A model generated the notes under the pieces. That model saw only the letters and a list, made by a program, of their open reading frames with translations. It ran no database searches and was not told where the DNA came from. From contig CAVZLN010000006.1 in assembly GCA_963776245.1 (NCBI GenBank), forward strand, positions 448,001 to 512,000: 64,000 nucleotides of DNA, in the 5' to 3' direction. Both the position numbers and the translations under genes were made by a program. This DNA is from Candidatus Eiseniibacteriota bacterium. GTDB lineage: Bacteria; Eisenbacteria; RBG-16-71-46. Below, in pieces: positions 60,484 to 64,000 of this stretch (its first letter is position 1; every line of letters begins with the position of its first letter).

Positions 60484-61658
60484 CGGTCGATCTCCCCGAG
60501 CACGATGTCGAGGCTGCCGATGGCCGCGATCACGTCCGCGACCAGGCGACCCTGCACCATGGTGGGCAGGCACTGCAGGTTGACGAACGACGGCGAGCGC
60601 ACCTTCATGCGCCAGGGGCGCGGCGAGCCGTCCGAGACGAAGTAGAAGCCGAGCTCGCCCTTGGGGGCCTCGACCGCGGCGTAGGCCTCGCCCACCGGCG
60701 GGAAGAAGCCGTGCGCCACGATCTTGAAGTGGTGGATGAGGGCCTCCATCGAGGTCTTCACCAGTTCCTTGGGCGGCAGCACGTACTTGTAGTCGCGCAG
60801 GCGGTAGTCGCCGGGGCCCAGTTCGCGGAGGCGCCGGATCGCCTGGCCCGCGATGCGCGTGGCCTGGCGGATCTCCTCGACACGGACCGTGAAGCGGTCG
60901 TAGGCGTCGCCGTTGGCGCCGACCGGCACCTTGAAATCGTAGGTCTCGTAGCCCGAGTAGGGCATGTCCCGGCGCAGGTCCCAGTCCACGCCCGAGCCGC
61001 GCAGCGTCGGGCCGGTGGCGCCCAGCGCGATCGCGTCGGCCCGCGACAGCGGCGCGACACCCACGGTGCGGGCGAGCCAGATCGGATTGCGGGTGAGCAG
61101 CACCTCGTACTCGTCGACGTGCGCCGGCATCTCGTCGACGAACTTCTGGCACTTGTCGAGGAAGCCCTCGGGGATGTCCATGGACAGCCCGCCGACGCGG
61201 AAGTAGGACGCGGTCATGCGCGCGCCGCACACCATGTCGTAGATCGAGAGCACCTTCTCGCGCTCACGGAAGGTGTAGAAGAACATGGTCATCGCGCCGA
61301 TATCGAGCGCGTGGGTGCCCAGCCACAGGCAGTGCGCGCTGATGCGCGTGAGCTCCGTCAGCAGCACCCGGATCGCCTGGGCCCGGGGCGGCGCCTCGAT
61401 CCCGAGCAGCTTCTCCGCCGCCAGGCACAGGGCCAGGTTGTTCGACATCGGCGCGGTGTAGTCCATGCGGTCGGTCTGCGGGATCGACTGCGTGTACGTC
61501 TTGTACTCCGCCTGCTTCTCCATGCCGGTGTGCAGGTAGCCGACGATGGGCTTGGCCGAGAGCACGGTCTCCCCATCCAGCTCGAGCGCCACCCGCATCA
61601 CGCCGTGCGTCGCGGGGTGCTGAGGCCCCATGTTGAGGGTCATGGTCTCAGTGCGCAC
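60480..61658 (-). CDS. nuoD: NADH-quinone oxidoreductase subunit D
   Basis: NMGPQHPATHG, GYLH, EAPKGE, C-terminal DIVLGEIDR. Confidence 0.96.
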   Translation of the reverse strand: MRTETMTLNMGPQHPATHGVMRVALELDGETVLSAKPIVGYLHTGMEKQAEYKTYTQSIPQTDRMDYTAPMSNNLALCLAAEKLLGIEAPPRAQAIRVLLTELTRISAHCLWLGTHALDIGAMTMFFYTFREREKVLSIYDMVCGARMTASYFRVGGLSMDIPEGFLDKCQKFVDEMPAHVDEYEVLLTRNPIWLARTVGVAPLSRADAIALGATGPTLRGSGVDWDLRRDMPYSGYETYDFKVPVGANGDAYDRFTVRVEEIRQATRIAGQAIRRLRELGPGDYRLRDYKYVLPPKELVKTSMEALIHHFKIVAHGFFPPVGEAYAAVEAPKGELGFYFVSDGSPRPWRMKVRSPSFVNLQCLPTMVQGRLVADVIAAIGSLDIVLGEIDR

Positions 61659-62214
61659 GGTACCTCACCTTCTTCGGCGCCAGCTTCTTGAGGGTGGGAT
61701 CGGGCACCCGCCGCGTCGGCGTGTTGTGCGTGAAGGCGACCTCCTCGTAGCCCAGCGGCGAGTCCTTGCGCAGCGGCCAGCCCACCCAGTCCTCGGGCAG
61801 CAGGATGCGGCGCAGGTCCGGGTGACCGGTGAACTCGATGCCGTAGAAGTCCCAGGTCTCGCGCTCGAGCCAGTCGGCGGTCGGCCACACGCCGATCAGC
61901 GTGGGCACGCGCGGGTTCTCCTCGGGCACCTGCACCTTGAGCGTCAGGCGGAATGTCCGCGTCATCGAGAGCAGCCCGTAGACCACCTCGAAGCGTGGCT
62001 CGCGCGGCAGCCAGTCCACGCCGGAGATCCACGACAGCTGAGAGAAGTCGAGCTCGGGATCGTCACGCAGGAAGGCGCACACTTCGACGAGCCGGTCCAG
62101 AGGGACCCGCAGCGTGAAGTCGCGCACGGCCTCTCCCGTCTGGCGCTGGAACGGCACGCCCGGGAACCGCTCCCGCAGACGCTCTTCCACCCGGCCGGCC
62201 GTCAGGGCGCTCAT
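61648..62214 (-). CDS. nuoC: NADH-quinone oxidoreductase subunit C
   Basis: [29 protein letters not shown]. Confidence 0.95.
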   Translation of the reverse strand: MSALTAGRVEERLRERFPGVPFQRQTGEAVRDFTLRVPLDRLVEVCAFLRDDPELDFSQLSWISGVDWLPREPRFEVVYGLLSMTRTFRLTLKVQVPEENPRVPTLIGVWPTADWLERETWDFYGIEFTGHPDLRRILLPEDWVGWPLRKDSPLGYEEVAFTHNTPTRRVPDPTLKKLAPKKVRYRAH

Positions 62215-62849
62215 GCCGTCCCCTGCTTCCTGCGCTTCGGCACGTTGGGGCCGAACTCGACGCGCGAGGCGAGGATCTTCTCCTGGAGCTTCATGATCCC
62301 GTGGATGAGGGCCTCGGGCCGCGGCGGACAGCCCGGCACGTACACGTCGACGGGGACGATCTTGTCCACGCCCTGCACGATCGCGTAGTTGTTGAACACG
62401 CCTCCGCACGACGCGCAGGCACCCATCGAGATGACCCACTTCGGATCGGGCATCTGGTCGTAGAGCGTGCGCAGCACCGGCGCCATCTTCACGCTCACCC
62501 GGCCGGCGACGATCATCAGGTCCGCCTGCCGGGGTGAGGGACGCATGACCTCCGCGCCGAAGCGCGAGATGTCGAAGCGCGGGCCCAGCCCGGCCATCAT
62601 CTCGATGGCGCAGCAGGCGAGGCCGAAACCCAGCGGCCAGATCGAGTTCGAGCGCGCCCAGTTCACCATGCTGTCCAGGGTGGTGAACAGGATGCCCCGC
62701 TCGAGCTCCTCGCGGGTGAGGTCCTCGTCGGTCCGGATGTTCGTCAGGCCGGACGGCGAGGTGTTGAGCATGCGCTCGAGGTCCTGCTCCGCGGGGGTCC
62801 GCGCCGGGAGCTGGCCGAGGGTTCGGAACGGCCTGGGTGCGTCGGTCAC
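62211..62849 (-). CDS. nuoB: NADH-quinone oxidoreductase subunit B
   Basis: [27 protein letters not shown]. Confidence 0.96.
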   Translation of the reverse strand: MTDAPRPFRTLGQLPARTPAEQDLERMLNTSPSGLTNIRTDEDLTREELERGILFTTLDSMVNWARSNSIWPLGFGLACCAIEMMAGLGPRFDISRFGAEVMRPSPRQADLMIVAGRVSVKMAPVLRTLYDQMPDPKWVISMGACASCGGVFNNYAIVQGVDKIVPVDVYVPGCPPRPEALIHGIMKLQEKILASRVEFGPNVPKRRKQGTA

Positions 62850-62925
62850 GGACGGTCCTCCCGAGGGCGCGCGGGCGCGCCGCGGGCCCCGCTCGGGGCG
62901 GACACCGGACCGGCTGGCGCCGGAT

Positions 62926-63279
62926 TCAGTCCCATTCGAGCGCCCGCTTCTGGATGAGGTAGAGGTACCCCACCAAGAGGATGAGGATGAACAGGACCAT
63001 CTCGACGAGCCCGTAGAGCCCGAGCTGACGGAAGGCCACGGCCCACGGATAGAGGAACACGGCCTCGATGTCGAACAGGATGAAGAGCACCGCGACCAGG
63101 TAGAACTTCACCGTGATGCGCTGGCGCGCGTCGCCCACGGGGACCACGCCGCACTCGTACGCCGCGTTCTTGATGGTGTTGCGACGCCGCGGGACGATGA
63201 ACGTGGACAGCGTCAGCGTACCCGCAGCGAAGACGATGGCGGCGACCAGGAACAGCAACACCGGCAGGTATTCGCGCAT
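62926..63279 (-). CDS. nuoA: NADH-quinone oxidoreductase subunit A
   Basis: YECG, FILFDIE..PWA, ALEWD. Confidence 0.96.
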   Translation of the reverse strand: MREYLPVLLFLVAAIVFAAGTLTLSTFIVPRRRNTIKNAAYECGVVPVGDARQRITVKFYLVAVLFILFDIEAVFLYPWAVAFRQLGLYGLVEMVLFILILLVGYLYLIQKRALEWD

Positions 63280-63320
63280 GGACTTCCTTTCACCACGTCC
63301 TCAAGACGTTCCAGCGCCGC

Positions 63321-63349
63321 ACCCTACGCAGACCGTGATGCAGCGTCAA
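63321..63349 (-). promoter_or_regulatory. Probable nuo operon promoter
   Basis: TTGACG-N17-TAGGGT, 42 bp before the nuoA start. Confidence 0.6.
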
Positions 63350-63368
63350 GCCGGGCGCCGGAGCGGTC

Positions 63369-64000
63369 TCAACCCGCTGCGTTGAGCTTCTTCACCGCCT
63401 CCGTGAGCGCCGGCACGACCGCGAAGAGATCCCCGACCACACCGTAGTCGGCCACCTTGAAGATGGGCGCTTCGGGGTCCTTGTTGATCGCCACGATGCA
63501 GCGCGAGGAGGTCATTCCCGCGAGATGCTGGATCGCGCCCGACACCCCGGCCGCGACATAGAGCTTGGGCGCCACCGTCTTGCCGGTCTGCCCGACCTGG
63601 TCCGAGTGCGGGCGCCAGCCGGCATCCACCACCGCGCGCGACGCGCCGACGGACCCACCGAGCGCGCCCGCCAGCTCCTCGAGCAGCGCGAAGTGCTCCG
63701 GACCCTTCATGCCGCGGCCCCCCGCGACGATGATCTCGGCCTCGGTGAGATCCACCTTGCCGCCTCCCGCCGCCGCGATCGCGACCACCCGCGCCTTCGC
63801 CGGCGTGCCGAGCGCGACCGCGAGCGGCTGCACCGTGGCGCTCCGGGCCGGGCCGGCGACCGGCGCGAACATCTTCGGACGCAAGGTCGCCAGCGCGGGC
63901 GTCCTGGGGAACGCCACCATCTGAAGCGCCTTGCCCGCGAACACCGGGCGCGTCGCCCGGAGCGCGCCGCTCTCGCACGCGAGCGCGGTGCAGTCGGACG
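63369..64000 (-). CDS. etfA: Electron transfer flavoprotein alpha subunit (3' part; 5' end outside the window)
   Basis: [39 protein letters not shown]. Confidence 0.94.
   Translation of the reverse strand, partial: SDCTALACESGALRATRPVFAGKALQMVAFPRTPALATLRPKMFAPVAGPARSATVQPLAVALGTPAKARVVAIAAAGGGKVDLTEAEIIVAGGRGMKGPEHFALLEELAGALGGSVGASRAVVDAGWRPHSDQVGQTGKTVAPKLYVAAGVSGAIQHLAGMTSSRCIVAINKDPEAPIFKVADYGVVGDLFAVVPALTEAVKKLNAAG

Noticed and set aside
7342..63978. Long antisense or alternative-frame ORFs (e.g. 14059-16995, 55977-58916, 36033-38111) and N-terminally inflated ORFs (1259-aa NuoG, 967-aa NuoN, 878-aa kinase)
   Set aside because: Expected from stop-codon scarcity in high-GC DNA; Arg/Pro/Ala-rich with no motifs, and they shadow well-supported genes

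Overview
Very GC-rich bacterial chromosome segment, apparently from a diderm (secreted, lipoprotein and porin-like genes). It is mostly housekeeping. In order: two secreted hypotheticals; a complete minus-strand rRNA operon (16S, tRNA-Ile, tRNA-Ala, 23S, 5S) with tandem sigma70 promoters, boxA sites, processing stems and a terminator; tyrS; a class A PBP; an alr-deoB-cdd-deoC-pdp nucleoside catabolism operon; DUF4126, mazG, DUF1844 and an RlmI-like gene (the last three carry clustered frameshifts); agmatinase preceded by an 80-aa poly-Asp/Glu protein; a cupredoxin-like/histidine kinase/porin-like trio beside tRNA-Asp; a murQ-SBP-anmK-SpoIID peptidoglycan recycling cluster; mutM; a motif-degenerate DEAD-box protein; AlaX; a receiver-less sigma54 activator; moaC-moeA; a MoxR/Bat operon; a small accessory patch with a collapsed hicAB remnant; a nuo operon lacking nuoI; and partial etfA. 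The strongest candidate for an unusual system is a DeoC with an N-terminal microcompartment encapsulation-peptide-like helix and a Cys/His domain, inside a complete nucleoside degradation operon with no shell genes in the window. All calls come from reading motifs by eye; no searches were run. No CRISPR, integrase or transposase was seen.
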